63,779 nt of DNA, filler included, from Octopus bimaculoides (GCF_001194135.2; 5 parts of 5 records of this genome joined end to end with filler, not necessarily neighbours in it); one strand, 5' to 3'. Shown: positions 25,736 through 39,221, counted from the first letter of the whole stretch. Numbers and translations are program-made. Notes: a model not told the origin generated them from the letters alone.

Positions 25736-26851
25736 CACTTTTTTTGCAGGAACTTTGGAGATAATGATTGTGCAGGAAGACAAATGCCAATGAGTATGTG
25801 ATTTGGTCCCTGCACAAATCGAACTTAAGATCTGAAGCATAGTCAAGGGTAGCTTCTCAGCTGCGAGAACAACAAGAAGTGGAATCAAGACGTTCTCATC
25901 ACCCTTAAGTCCATAATTTCAATGGACCCAACCACATCCGTGGGGAAGCTGGGTTCTGCACTTGAAGTGGATTCCCAAGACCATCAGAACAGATGTGAAT
26001 GAGGATTTGGACATCAAGTCCTACTTCAAGACACCGAGACAGCTGCTCACAAAACCTACGAAGCCCAGGGGACTGGAGAGGTGCAAAATGGCTCTCACAT
26101 ACCTCAAGAAAAATGGATCCACTGTGAAAAAAATTTCCTGTGACAAGATCTTCACAGTGGATGTTATTCTGGATCGCAGCAACAACCGGTACATTGAGGA
26201 GTCAGAAGCTGACATCAGGGGCACATTCAAAACAAAAAACATCCAGCCCAAGTCATGGCCTTTGATGTTGTGGCCTCCGATGGAAGAAAGATGCCCGTCT
26301 ACTTCTACAAACCCAGAGAAAAGTTAGATGCTGACGCCAGCTACAAGATGCTGAGGTATCATGTCATGTGATGGCCCAAAGTCAACTACCCAATGGGAAC
26401 GATGTGTGGACCAGGATGGTGCTACCAGTCATAATGCCAAGAAGGTACAGAATTTTTGCAAATCCAACTTTGCTGCTTTCTGGCTTGCGGATTTCCGGCC
26501 CTCAACCCTCTGGACTATGCCGTGTGGGACGTTTGAGAGCATGCCACAAACAAAACGTCTCACCCCCAACATCAACTCTTTGAAGGTTACCATCAATGAG
26601 GAGTGGGACAGGATGTCCAGTGACCCTGTGGTGAGGGTTTGTGCCATAAATGCAAACAATGGAACCCACGTGGTAGAAATTATTCGTTTTCTAATTGTGA
26701 ATGTTATTAAATTAATTTTGAATTACTAAACCTATTGATTCGCAATGAGGCAGTTTCAAATTTCACAGCAATTTTGCAAGTTTTGCTTCCTCTCCCTGAA
26801 TACACACACACACACACACATAATAAAGTCATAAAGCTACAATATATATAT

Positions 26852-26860
26852 ATATGCATA

Positions 26861-26940
<80 letters not shown>
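26852..26940. repeat. (TG)n microsatellite
   Basis: Read directly from sequence. Confidence 0.95.
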
Positions 26941-26943
<3 letters not shown>

Positions 26944-27257
26944 CGTTGGCGATTTTCTTCCTCTGTCTTCCTTTCTATTGGACTTCCCTCTGTTTCCAAA
27001 GAAGAGCGCCTGCTCGAAACGTTAAACCATCATAAATTTCAGAAAAATAGATAAATTTTTATGAAATTTCCAAGAAATACATGTTAGTGTAGATTACAAT
27101 GATTTCAGAATTTAATATGAATAACAAACAAAAAAGAATTAGTGGCCACAAAAGCATATTTACTGACACACATTACAATTTACAATACATGCTCACATTT
27201 TACGCATTTATACACACACACACACATACACGCACATATATATAGTCAGTCACTAAC

Positions 27258-27420
27258 CTCTATGATGTTCTTGCCTTTTGTTTGTAATAACGTTGCCACA
27301 CCATCTGACCATTCATCCCGCATATACGCAGCAAAATTGAGGGGTGTCAAACCATACATGTTCTTCCGGTTGACATTGCTGCCTCTAGATATTAAGACTT
27401 CCAAAGCTTGAATTTGACGC
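27258..27420 (-). CDS. Ankyrin-repeat gene exon 3
   Basis: Acceptor ttttatttttgaccttcag and donor GAG|gttagt; phase 2 to 0; RQIQALEVLISRGSNVNRKNMYGLTPLNFAAYMRDEWSDGVATLLQTKGKNIIE. Confidence 0.88.
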
Positions 27421-27489
27421 CTGAAGGTCAAAAATAAAAAAAAATATGACAGACATTGACACAATAACTATGTCAAATATAAACTTATT

Positions 27490-29450
27490 TTCAACACATA
27501 AAAATTCTAGCTACGTGGCCTGGCCATCTCAGACGATGTTTCACGATGGTGGCCTTGATGCCACTGCTTCTGGTTCTCTCCAAAACGGAGACATCGGCCA
27601 CAGAGTTCTTCCATTTGATATTCGTAGAGCGGAACTTCTGTTGGTGAATTCGCTCTAACTTTTCAACATCACTTAGGAAAATAGTCCAGATTTCACAACC
27701 AGGGACGAGAGTGGACATCACAACTCAATTTTGTTTGGTGGTTCAGATCATTGTTCTTAAAGACCCTTTTTCACAAGTCCACCAAATGCAATATGAACCG
27801 CTCTTAATCAGTTCTCCACGTCATTTTCTGATGTACACTCATTCGAAAGCAAACTTCCTAAGTATGAAAAGTGGGTAACTTTCTCCAGTGGAGTGTCCGA
27901 GATGATACTGTTGAGGTCTGTAGTTTCCTGACTTAGAAAGGTGTCATGCCAGGATTTTTGTGTTTTTGGTGTTGACTTTTCGGCCAAAGTGAGTGTAAGC
28001 TTTGGTGAAGTTATTCACAGATTCTTGAAGCTGGAGTGGCAGACCACTGCGTTGTCATCAGCATACTGGAGTTCATGGAGTTCAGTGACATTTTGTTTCC
28101 AGATCAGTCTTCGTGACTTCTAGCTAGCAAGGTTGAGACATCTCTCGTCATAACGGTCCCTAATGTTGACTCCTGGATTGCCTGAAGAAAGTTCATGAAA
28201 CATTGCTGCAAGGTACAGCGAGAAGAGTGTTGGGGCCAAAATGCACCCTTGTTTTAATCGTCCAGTGATTGGGAGGTCTTCAGATGGTTTTGAGGGAAGA
28301 TGGTTCCAGTCATACAGTCATTTAATCCTTGTACTAGGGAAATGAACTGATCGGGGCAGCCGAAGTGACGGAGGACCTTCATCATTGCAAGCCTTAGGAC
28401 GGTATCAAAGGACTTTTGGAGATCGTAGAAAACAAAATAGAGAGGTTTTTGTTGTTCTCTACTATTTACTTGTATTTGTTGAGCACAAAAGATATGTCAG
28501 TTGTCCCTCTGGATGGCCGAATTCCACATTGTGATTTGTGTAAGACTTCCTCCGCGATGACTTGCTGACGATCCCGAAAGAATCTTGTAAAGATTTTTCC
28601 TGCGGTGGGGAGCAGTGAAATGCCACAACAGTTCCCACAGATCGTTCTATCGCTTTTGAAGATGGGGATGATTAGAGCATCTTTGAGGTCTTTGGGAACA
28701 TGGCAGTTCTTCCAGATTTGGAGAATCAATGTGAGCAGACTGTTTTTTTTTTAATAGTAGTCCACCATGTTTTAGAAGTTCCACCGGGATGTTGTCTGGG
28801 CCAGGGGACTTTCGTTGCTTCATGCAGTTGAGGGTAATCTGGTACTCTTTGTAGGATGGGGTCTAGTTAATTGCATGAGTACGGTCTTCAAGAAATCTTC
28901 CACCGAATTGGAATCTTAGTTCAGAAGACTTGAGAAGTCCTCTCTCCAGCATTGAAGGTTATCTTGTGGGTCAGTCAGGGTGGTGTTAGTGTCTACTGAC
29001 TGAAGAGATCCTGTTGATGATCTCATAGGCCCAAAATGTCCCTTCTGAGGTCACAGGCGTCAGCATAACCTTGGAATTAAGTGGCTTATTGTTGCCACTA
29101 GTTGTTCTGCATCTCTCACAATTTTGTTTGGCATTGTCTTTTGAGATCTTGATATCTCATCTTCCTGCACCGTCATCGTGGATCTTGCTCATGAGAGGTC
29201 CGGTGCCGCATTGCATCAATCAGCTGGCTGATTCCTTGATCCTTGTTACCAAACCAGTCCTGAATGTCTCGCTGCACCTGAGGGCGTTTTCAGCCACTGT
29301 CAGAAAATGCGTAAAGGGAGCTGATCTCTAGGTTGTTCAGCTTCGATATGTCAAATTTTCTTCTGACTGGTTTTGTTTTTCCACTTGCGGCTGACAAGGT
29401 CCTTATAGGACCATCAGGCAGAGGCACAAGGGTTGTAGTTGAAGGTTTTG
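27490..29450 (-). mobile_element. RTE-clade LINE (BovB-like) remnant covering the RT region, intronic
   Basis: Minus-strand motifs: QDWF, KSPGPDNIPVELL, GISLLPTAGKIF, SQCGIRPSRGTTD, KQGCILAPTLFSLYL, YADD (about 28055-28066), RLRWPGHVAR. Confidence 0.92.
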
Positions 29451-29529
29451 GTCAGGATTTAATGACGTGGTGTTGCAGTTCTTTCTCCTCTGCCATTTGT
29501 CCATGAGAGTGGCTTTGCAGATATTTTCA

Positions 29530-29690
29530 GAGGAGACATCATCACCATCACCATCATCATCATCATCATCATCATTGCCATTATCATCATCGTCATCACC
29601 ATCATAGTCATCATCATCCCCATCACCATCTTCACCATCATTCACACCATCCTTATCACCATCATCATCACCATCATCATCATCATCATC
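29530..29690. repeat. (CAT/CAC)n trinucleotide microsatellite
   Basis: Read directly; explains the poly-D and poly-M ORFs. Confidence 0.95.
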
Positions 29691-29979
29691 AACTTTTATA
29701 TTCTGTCTTCTATACTGACATGTTTTGAATCATTTGATAGGATCTGATGTTTCGGAAGACTGCGTCATGTTCCAATGTCTACTTTGGCCTGGTTTCTATG
29801 ACTGGATGTGTTCCCTTATTTGAATCAGAGGTGGGGTGATCAATGTAAAACATGAGAAGAGAGGAGCAATGCTAAAAATGAAAGCTGGAGTGACATCTTT
29901 GGATAGTTAACCATTTTGAAATTGCAAGAAGTTTAGAAACAAAAAGAGATCTGAAGATTTTAGTTAGTTCTGAACTTAC

Positions 29980-30131
29980 ACCTTCACAGCATAATGTAAA
30001 ACTGTATTATCATACGCGTCGCGCATCTCCAAATCAGCTCCAGTATCAATCAGGAAGTTTATTATATCTGTTCTGCCACGTTCACAAGCGGCCATCAGAA
30101 ATGTCTGACCCAGTGAATTCGTCTGGTTAAT
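29980..30131 (-). CDS. Ankyrin-repeat gene exon 2
   Basis: Acceptor ctttattcatttcag and donor GT|gtaagt; 152 nt, phase 0 to 2; INQTNSLGQTFLMAACERGRTDIINFLIDTGADLEMRDAYDNTVLHYAVK. Confidence 0.9.
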
Positions 30132-30277
30132 CTGAAATGAATAAAGTGAAGGAATTTTAGAATTTATTTCAATGTATTGTACTTATTCTATTGGTCACTT
30201 TGGCTGAGCCGCTAAGTTACAGGGACAATAATGCCCAACACCAATTATCTTGTGGTTGTGAGGGATACACAGATTCC

Positions 30278-30315
<38 letters not shown>

Positions 30316-30335
30316 TATGTGCATATATATACATA

Positions 30336-30574
30336 TTGGATTGGTGCATAATTATTGCGGATTTTTTTCCCATAAAAACTATAACAACATGTAACAAAAG
30401 CATCTTTAAATGATTATTCCGGAGCATATTCACCATCCACTACAATTACTGCTTCCCATTTGCTTGGCAGACGATCAGACCGTCATTTAAAGATGTTTTT
30501 GTTAAATATTGCTATTGTTTTTGCTGAATAAAATTTGTTGAAAAAAAGGCCGCAAAAATTATGCAGCAACTCAA
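30336..30574. mobile_element. Mariner-derived MITE (Hsmar1/MADE-like TIR)
   Basis: TA|TTGGATTGGTGCATAATTATTGCGG...CCGCAAAAATTATGCAGCAACTCAA|TA, with an internal minus-strand remnant LPSKWEAVIVVDGEY of a mariner C-terminus. Confidence 0.8.
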
Positions 30575-30769
30575 TATATATATATACATACATACATATA
30601 TATTATAAGTGTATGGTATCAGCTGCCAACTGTAACCACTACTCCAGATTGAAAACCCAATCAAAATCCAATAGTACATGATTATCTCATCATCATCGTT
30701 TAACGTCCGTTTTCCATGCTGGCATGGGTTGGATGGTTTGACTGGGTTCTGGGAAGCCATAGATGTATA

Positions 30770-30985
30770 TGTTTGTGTGTCTGTGCTTGTCCCCACCTTT
30801 CATCGCTTGACAACCGATGTTGGTGTGTTTGCGTCCCCGTAACTGAGCGGTTCAGCAAAAGAGACCGATAGACCAAGTACTAGGCCTACAAAGAATAAGT
30901 CCTAGGGTCGATTCGTTTGACTAAAGTCAGTGCTCCAGCATGGCCGCAGTCAAATGCCTGAAACAAGTAAAAGAATAAAAGACTA
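30770..30985 (+). mobile_element. SINE family C, 3' half
   Basis: CGCTTGACAACCGATG...GCTCCAGCATGGCCGCAGTC...GAAACAAGTAAAAG, shared with 47397-47811. Confidence 0.88.
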
Positions 30986-31344
30986 ACCCTTGCCCAGCTT
31001 TGGCACGGCCCCCTTAGAGAAGCCCTGCTCTATATTCTTCCTGACTGTCCATCTTTTGGCAACAAATCTGTTACTCTAAATTCTTACACTTCATTCCATG
31101 AAGTAGAAAGACGTAAATAACCCTAACCTTTATCCGCTTGGATATGTTTCACCTGTACAGTTTCATAAAGCCAGATCAAGTGGAGTTTGATTCCTATGCG
31201 ATACACCAGTGTTTACCTATCTTTGACAATTTTTGCCAAAGTAATGGTGTAAAACTTTCTACTCTTTGTGGTTAGAGTACTTCCTGATAGAATTTCTTCC
31301 TGTTTATTAGCTCCATCTGTCTCACATCTCCTCCTCCTCCTCAT

Positions 31345-31488
31345 CATCATCGTTTAACGTCCGCTTTCCATGCTAGCATGGGTTGGACGATTTGATTGAG
31401 GACTGGTGAAACCAGATGGCTACACCAGGCTCCAATCTGATTTGGCAGAGTTTCTACAGCTGGATGCCCTTCCTAACGCCAACCACTC
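31345..31488 (-). mobile_element. SINE/RTE-type 3' tail with (GAT)n end; shorter copy at about 30690-30760
   Basis: CATCATCGTTTAACGTCCG(C/T)TTTCCATGCT(A/G)GCATGGGTTGGA present at both loci. Confidence 0.75.
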
Positions 31489-32191
31489 NNNNNNNNNNNN
31501 NNNNNNNNNNNNNNNNNNNNNNNNNNNNNNNNNNNNNNNNNNNNNNNNNNNNNNNNNNNNNNNNNNNNNNNNNNNNNNNNNNNNNNNNNNNNNNNNNNNN
31601 NNNNNNNNNNNNNNNNNNNNNNNNNNNNNNNNNNNNNNNNNNNNNNNNNNNNNNNNNNNNNNNNNNNNNNNNNNNNNNNNNNNNNNNNNNNNNNNNNNNN
31701 NNNNNNNNNNNNNNNNNNNNNNNNNNNNNNNNNNNNNNNNNNNNNNNNNNNNNNNNNNNNNNNNNNNNNNNNNNNNNNNNNNNNNNNNNNNNNNNNNNNN
31801 NNNNNNNNNNNNNNNNNNNNNNNNNNNNNNNNNNNNNNNNNNNNNNNNNNNNNNNNNNNNNNNNNNNNNNNNNNNNNNNNNNNNNNNNNNNNNNNNNNNN
31901 NNNNNNNNNNNNNNNNNNNNNNNNNNNNNNNNNNNNNNNNNNNNNNNNNNNNNNNNNNNNNNNNNNNNNNNNNNNNNNNNNNNNNNNNNNNNNNNNNNNN
32001 NNNNNNNNNNNNNNNNNNNNNNNNNNNNNNNNNNNNNNNNNNNNNNNNNNNNNNNNNNNNNNNNNNNNNNNNNNNNNNNNNNNNNNNNNNNNNNNNNNNN
32101 NNNNNNNNNNNNNNNNNNNNNNNNNNNNNNNNNNNNNNNNNNNNNNNNNNNNNNNNNNNNNNNNNNNNNNNNNNNNNNNNNNNNNNNNNNN

Positions 32192-32365
32192 TTGTCATGA
32201 AACCACCTCAATTCTGGGAAGAGGGTATTTTCAAGTTAAAGGAAAGATGAAGACGCATTGGGCAACAAAATGGTTCATATTTGGTTGATGAAAAATGTAA
32301 TGGGAAGTATTTAATGACCTTTCTCTTTCCTTTAAAAATCGGCACGAACTTTCCGGACAACCCAA
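32192..32365 (+). mobile_element. Mariner transposon 3' end
   Basis: KPPQFWEEGIFKLKER..QNGSYLVDEK-like C-terminus followed by TIR CGGCACGAACTTTCCGGACAACCCAA|TA. Confidence 0.75.
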
Positions 32366-32441
32366 TATATGGGGTTAGTGAGGAATATTTCAAATTCTGT
32401 ATAAAATAATTTTAAAAATCGTCATAAAGCAAACAACTTAC

Positions 32442-32530
32442 ATTAACTGGTCTTATTTCAATACCTCTTTTGACTTCTTGAAAGTCTCCATTTATTATTT
32501 TGTTCATAATCTCCTCATATACACCCATGT
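32442..32530 (-). CDS. Ankyrin-repeat gene exon 1 (first found; may contain the start ATG at 32526-32528)
   Basis: Acceptor ttaatctttccaccaaaag and donor AAT|gtaagt; MGVYEEIMNKIINGDFQEVKRGIEIRPVN joins exon 2 in phase 0. Confidence 0.75.
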
Positions 32531-33384
32531 CTTTTGGTGGAAAGATTAATAAAATAAGAAAAGATTAATAAAACTAATAAAATAATTAATAGAAAATGGT
32601 GTTTGTACAGTGAAACATCCTGTATTTATCTTTGATTTCATCTCATCTACTTAGCTACTATTTCAATTGATACTACCAACAAATGGTTTTATATATGTAT
32701 ATATATACACACACACACACTTTCCCCTCTCGTCCTTCCTTCTGTCACTACTATATTTCTTTCTTCCTCTCTTTCTCTCGTTGCTCATTTATTCTTCTAC
32801 TTCTTCCCCTTGTTTCTCCCTCTACCACTCTCTCTCTTCCTTACCCCTCCCTGGTCACATGCTTCCGGTCACTAATCCTTTTCTTCCTTGGCTATCGCCG
32901 AGCAAACACGCGAACTTACTTCGTCCCTGCTTTCAGTTCGTGCCTCACAGCGTTCATATACACATAATATTTCCCGTCTGGCCGTAAAGCCTTTTCCGTT
33001 TGTTTTCCTGTCTTGTTTTTTGTCCGCCACTACATTCCTCCATGGCACAGGTTTAATTTGTGTATACAAATTTAATTTCCGGTCCATGGGAAGAGCCATT
33101 TTAACGATGCNNNNNNNNNNNNNNNNNNNNNNNNNNNNNNNNNNNNNNNNNNNNNNNNNNNNNNNNNNNNNNNNNNNNNNNNNNNNNNNNNNNNNNNNNN
33201 NNNNNNNNNNNNNNNNNNNNNNNNNNNNNNNNNNNNNNNNNTTATATGATCGATTAAGCCCAAGAAGGCAAAGCCCCAGCATGGCCACATTCCAATTATT
33301 TAAAGAATGAAATATATAACCCACATATCGTATCCATAGCTTGAAATCTCTTCTCCACCAACACCAACACCATTTTGTCTCTTT

Positions 33385-33605
33385 ATCTATTATATTTCTT
33401 TACTGCCCACAAGGGGCTAAACATAGAGGGGACAAACAAGGGATTAAGTCGATTACATCGACCCCAGTGCGTAACTGCTACTTAATTTATCGACCCCGAA
33501 AGGATGAAAGGCAAAGTCGACCTCGGCGGAATTTGAACTCTGAACGTAGCGGCAGACGAAATACAGCTAAGCATTTCGCCCGGGGTGCTAACGTTTCTGC
33601 CAGCT
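33385..33605 (-). mobile_element. SINE family A, near full length
   Basis: Well-preserved head, core and GGACAAACAAGG-type tail. Confidence 0.9.
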
Positions 33606-35159
33606 CTTCTGCCTTATTTGGTCTCTTAATCGATCTCTATCTACATCCGACACACCCTCTCTTCAATTATTATTCATTTCTTTCTCCTTTACAAATCTTT
33701 ACAGAAGGCAAAATAAATATTTCATAAATTCAACAAATTATAACATAGATCATTCTTTCAAATACAATATATAAATATAATTTATAAACATATATTTAGA
33801 ATTTAATCTTTCAAAACGTAAAAAGAATGTTTAAGTCTTACACTGTTAGAATACAACTTATAAAGTTAAAATATTTAAACATTGAAATTTTTTTTATAAT
33901 CGGCAAATATTTTTAAACGTGACAATTGTATTTGTTTGAAATATATTAAAGCTATGGTTTCTGTTGTTGAGGTTTAACTTAAACTTAATTCTTTTCTAGT
34001 AACTCTATGGTCAAAAGCACTCCCACCGTGACCCTCGCATAATTTATTTAATTCGTGCAGCAGTTTAGAGATTCCGCTATTCGTTCGTAATAGAGTTTAT
34101 AATAATTTTAGACAATGTGAAATCATTCTCAGAAGAGAATTATTTATCAGATATCCATCTGATAAATAATACGGAAGATTGAGAAAACATATTTAATGCA
34201 TTCCTCTTTAAAATGTTAACATAGGATAAAGACGTGGAGAGAGAAATGTATGCAGTCACCCACTTACTAAATGTTTAAACAATTATTCCTGTTTGTTTCA
34301 CGTTATAAATATTAATTAAATTACTAGAACAATTACATTTAGATTCATAATTAAATACATATTAAAACAGAAATCAGTTGAAAGAATTTCATCAAGTGAA
34401 CAAATGAAAAGATCAATTAACAGAATCGCTGAATTCAGAATTTCACTTCAGAATTAGAAATTCACTGAAAACCACATAAAATAGTGTATAATTAGATGAA
34501 TATTTTCATTCCTTCAATTTCCATCAAATAGTTTGTTTTTTTCATACATATAACTGGATTATATTTTATATTATATTCTGTAGTTTGAAATGAAATGTTT
34601 TACTTGTAAAATATTTTAATGATTTCTAATCTATAAAGTACTGCCTGAAAATGAAACAGTTTCATTATAAATATATTTAGGTTTTAAACAGCTCTAATGA
34701 TTTTTTACTGATGTAAAAGTGTTAGTACATTGCTAATTAAAGTAATTATTAAATAATATTCACCGAAGTCAATGTGTTTCGATTTCAGCCTGAAGTTTTT
34801 CGATCTCCTGAAAGTTCAATATATTCAAACAGCAGAAAAATATGTGGCTTCTGCAAAAGTCGCTGGGCAATTCTGAAAAACAGGACGAAGTTTATAAACT
34901 AATGGGCGTTACCTTGTCCTCTGCGTGTACCATTGTTTAAATGTCTGTATGTGTAAGTATGTATGTTATACTGTCATGGTATCTGGTGTTTGTATGTGTA
35001 TGTTGTAGTGTGAGTGTGTGTTTGATTAAAGGTATATGTGTGTATGTATGCGTATGTTGTAGTGCGTGTGTGTTAGCGATTATACAGAGACTGCTTGTGT
35101 CAAATTACCAGACTGAATATCCTTCTCCCGCAACTCCTATTCATTGTTAAATTATTTCT

Positions 35160-35210
<51 letters not shown>

Positions 35211-35554
35211 ATGTCTCCTCCAATGTGACCACCACCACTATCAGTCAACCCACTTCCCTACAAACGTTTATCTTATTTATTCATTAATTTCGTTTACTTT
35301 CCTTATATGGGAAAAAAATCCCACCCTTAACATTTAAATACATACATACATACATGCATGCATGCATACATACATACATACATACATACATACATACATA
35401 CATACATACATGCATGCATACATACATATATGCATACGCTGTTGTTGATGTTGAAATTCCAATGAAGAAGTTAGATAAGAAATCTAGATTAGAAACCGAT
35501 TCTTTCTCTATTGGCAACAAATCTTAAATAAACTGAATAATGACGTACATACCT

Positions 35555-35767
35555 TGGTTGTGTGGTAAGATTGCTTCCCAACTCCAGGGTTCTGGGTTCA
35601 CAATATTCAATCACAGTTCACAGGTCAAGCCAGAGATCCGGGTTCAGGTTTCTCACCGCGTTGCACCTAGGGCAAGTGTCTTCTACTATAGCCTCAGGCC
35701 GACCAAAGCCTTGTGAGTGGATTTGGTAGACGGAAAATGAAAGAAGCCCGTCGTACATGTGTGTGTG

Positions 35768-35832
<65 letters not shown>

Positions 35833-36055
35833 ATATGTTTGTGTGTCTGTGTTTGTCCCCCCAACATCGCTTGGCAACCGATGCTGGTGTGTTTACGTCC
35901 CCGTAGCTTAACGGTTCGGCTAAAGAGACCGATAGAATAAGTACTAGGCTTACAAAGAATGAGTCCTGGGGTCTATTAGATCGTCTAAAAGGCGGTGCTC
36001 CAGCATGGCCACAGTCAAATGATTGAAACAAGTAAAAGAGTAAAAAGAGTAAAGA
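35555..36055 (+). mobile_element. SINE family C, near full length with internal (TA)(TG) microsatellite; further 3' copy at 36115-36338
   Basis: Colinear with 47397-47811. Confidence 0.88.
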
Positions 36056-36758
36056 GAGATAGACAGACAGACAGATAGATAGATAGATTGATAGATAGAT
36101 AGATAGATAGATGTGTATGAATGTATATGTCTCTGTGTGTTTCCTTGTGTCTGTCCCCTATCAGCGCTTGACAATAGATACTGGTGTGTGTACGCCCTGT
36201 AACCTAGCGGTTCGGCCAAAGAAACCGATGGAACATGTACTAGATTTTTTTTTTTAATTAGTCCTGGGGTCGACTAAAATCTTTCAAGATAGTGTTCCAA
36301 CATGGCCGCAGTCAAATGATTGAAACTAGTAAAAGAAGACATACATATTTGAGGAGAGAGTAATGGAAAAAAACTAGGTTAAATTCATTATGTCAACTGA
36401 TACCGCTACACCTGAGATGTCAGTCACGTTGTCACTGTGAAATCTTTCAACATAAATATTACTTTACACTCTCTGCTATCTTATTTTCTTATACAACAAT
36501 CAATTTCTTTATTTTGGGTTCGTTTCAAATATTTTGAGAATTTTTATCCTGATTTGAAATGTCAGACAAAACACTGAATCAGAAAAGAGATAAATTTAAA
36601 ACTGGTGGTGCGTATGTATGTACTATGCACGCATGTACGTGTATATATATATATATATNNNNNNNNNNNNNNNNNNNNNNNNNNNNNNNNNNNNNNNNNN
36701 NNTTAATTAATTAANNNNNNNNNNNNNNNNNNNNNNNNNNNNNNNNNNNNNNNNNNNN

Positions 36759-36828
<70 letters not shown>

Positions 36829-37618
36829 AATATAGATACGTCATTCAAACGGGCGCAGATTCTGGCCTTAAAGCCAACTGATGCAAAAAAGTGTATGGCC
36901 CTGTGTTACTAAACCTCAGAAATTAATCGTAATCTGATTGGTTTCATTTGCAAGTGTTCAGAGTATATAACAATGAAAGTAATGTAGTAACGCTGGTTAT
37001 GAATATCACCAACATGTGTAAGATCAAATAACTCAAATAAGTTTTCTGTTTACAAAATTCAAATATAATTGGGCCGTATATTTGTATTACAGTTTGTTGA
37101 AACACTTCGATTCGCTCTGGCAATTCATGCAGTCAATAGGCAAATGCTTTATCACCGTGTGTTTCAAAAGTAATGACTACAGTCAACGGAATTATTTCCG
37201 TAATCTACCAAAGAAGAACAAAATCTAATGAAAAGCAGCTAATTGAAATTTTCAGAAAATATAAGTTTCATTGTTTAAAATTTCCGCTTTACTGCATATG
37301 CACTGCGATATTACATTACGTAATCAAGGTGTTATTTGATTCAATTTCGTGCAAAATTTCAAATATACATAACATAAGGAAAAACGTTACATGTATTTTA
37401 GGGTTGTAATTGAAAGAAAATATATTGATATCGATCCACAAGTTTCAAAGCAATATTTTGCATTTCAATTTTCATGTATACGAGAATTTGTTTTATTAAT
37501 TTTGCTCACAAACTCATCGTCGGATACTATAAAAATATATGGGTCATGTGCAAATTTTTCAAACGAAATGTTAATACATATTTCTACATATATATATATA
37601 TCTATATATATATATATC

Positions 37619-37685
<67 letters not shown>

Positions 37686-38894
37686 ATGAGTTTGTGCATC
37701 TGTGTTTGCATGCATGTAGATACATACACACAAACGTATGTATATGCGGTATTTATATTTACAAAACGTAATAGCTATACAGACAGGTGAATTTTACCTA
37801 TTTTTCGAAGAGCGTGTACATGATAGACAACCGTAATCGATTTCATTTATATTTTGGCGACTTTGCACTGCTGTTTTGTTAGGTGTGTTATTATCGTATA
37901 TATAATTGCTTCTTGACATGTTTTGAAATGTCACCTTTTATTTGCAAGCAACTCTCATAGGAAAACTACAATAAAAGCATTATCACGCAGAAGATTAGAA
38001 AGGAAAGACAACAAAATCTTCCTAAGCGTCAACAAACGTTGAAATAACAATGACAAGAATTAAGATAATTTTTATCTGGAAATTACTGACGGACACGACA
38101 TAGTTTCTATAAGACAGGTACTCGACTAATGGAACTACTAAAGTAGCATGAAAATGGATCAGTATTTGAAACCTTAAGACAATAATTTTATCTACTTACG
38201 AATCTAGGTGATCAGGACCGCATTACATTTATTGTAATAGAACCTATACAGACCTGTTATTTATGTTGTACTCGTTTGTGTACACTCAAACTTTGAAGGA
38301 CATACACTAATTCAACTGTCTTAGGAGAGAAATTCCGGTCATAGATAATGCATCTTATACTATCGACAGGTAGATATCATTGATCTATACCTCACATCTT
38401 CCCCCGTCATCAGAACCAGACAACGAAACTGTCGATCACAACATATTAAGAACTGTCTTTCGATACGCAAACATCATACAATTAATTTGCTTGTGCATGC
38501 AAAGTTTTGCCTCTCAGGAATCTGTTATTTAAAGCCAACCTAAGTTGTGATAGTAACTGATGAGATATAACGATGACGAAACGCGTGTCCACAGGCGGAT
38601 GACGGCATTCGTAGCATAATTAGATTCACTTCATACGCATGAGCTAGAAAGAGTGCTTCTCTTCCGATACATTTATTGCCGTACTCGTTTTCCTCCGATC
38701 GATCGTACACACACACTCATACTCACAGACACACGCACACACTCACACACTCACACACTCAATAATATACACTCACACATACACGCGCACATACTAGCAC
38801 ACACACACACATACAAACACACGTACACATATGGACGCATTATTACAACAGCTTGGATTTCATTGCACCTCTACTGTTTAAAATCCTGACAAGA

Positions 38895-39125
38895 AACCTA
38901 CGAGATCTTCACGGTGTAGCTGTAGAAACGTTCAAAAATCACCTGGACAGATTTCTGTGTGAAATCTAGATAAGCCCACGTCACGACAGGCGGCAAAAAG
39001 AAGAGCAACTTCATCCAACTCATTTTTTCAATACGGTGGCAAAACAGATACAAAAAGAGTATCAGAAACAGTACTGAAAGGAGAAACAAAATTGGTGAAA
39101 TGTGGTGATCCAGGTTAGTGACTGA
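38895..39125 (+). mobile_element. CR1-clade LINE 3' fragment
   Basis: LRDLHGVAVETFKNHLDRFLCE...RATSSNSFFQ resembles CR1/L2 ORF2 C-termini; ends in an A-rich tail. Confidence 0.65.
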
Positions 39126-39151
39126 AACCATTAAAAAGATAAAAGAATATG

Positions 39152-39221
<70 letters not shown>

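Larger units (their letters stand above)
25074..26798 (+). mobile_element. maT/DD37D-type Tc1-mariner transposon, degenerate and near full length
   Basis: Left TIR TA|CAGGGTGGAGAATCAAAACTTGCA; right TIR TGCAAGTTTTGCTTCCTCTCCCTG. Frameshifted transposase: DKIFTVD, QDGATSHNAKKVQNFC, a PLDY remnant, HPNINSLKVTINEEWD. The DD37D assignment rests on family resemblance because the D2-D3 spacer has a deletion. Confidence 0.85.

Noticed and set aside
31406-32288. 240-290 aa ORFs (also 33072-33324, 55641-56165)
   Set aside because: They run through N gaps.
34780-35140. Possible further upstream ankyrin-gene exons (IAQRLLQKP; ELREKDIQS)
   Set aside because: Each lacks either a convincing donor or acceptor; not distinguishable from chance.
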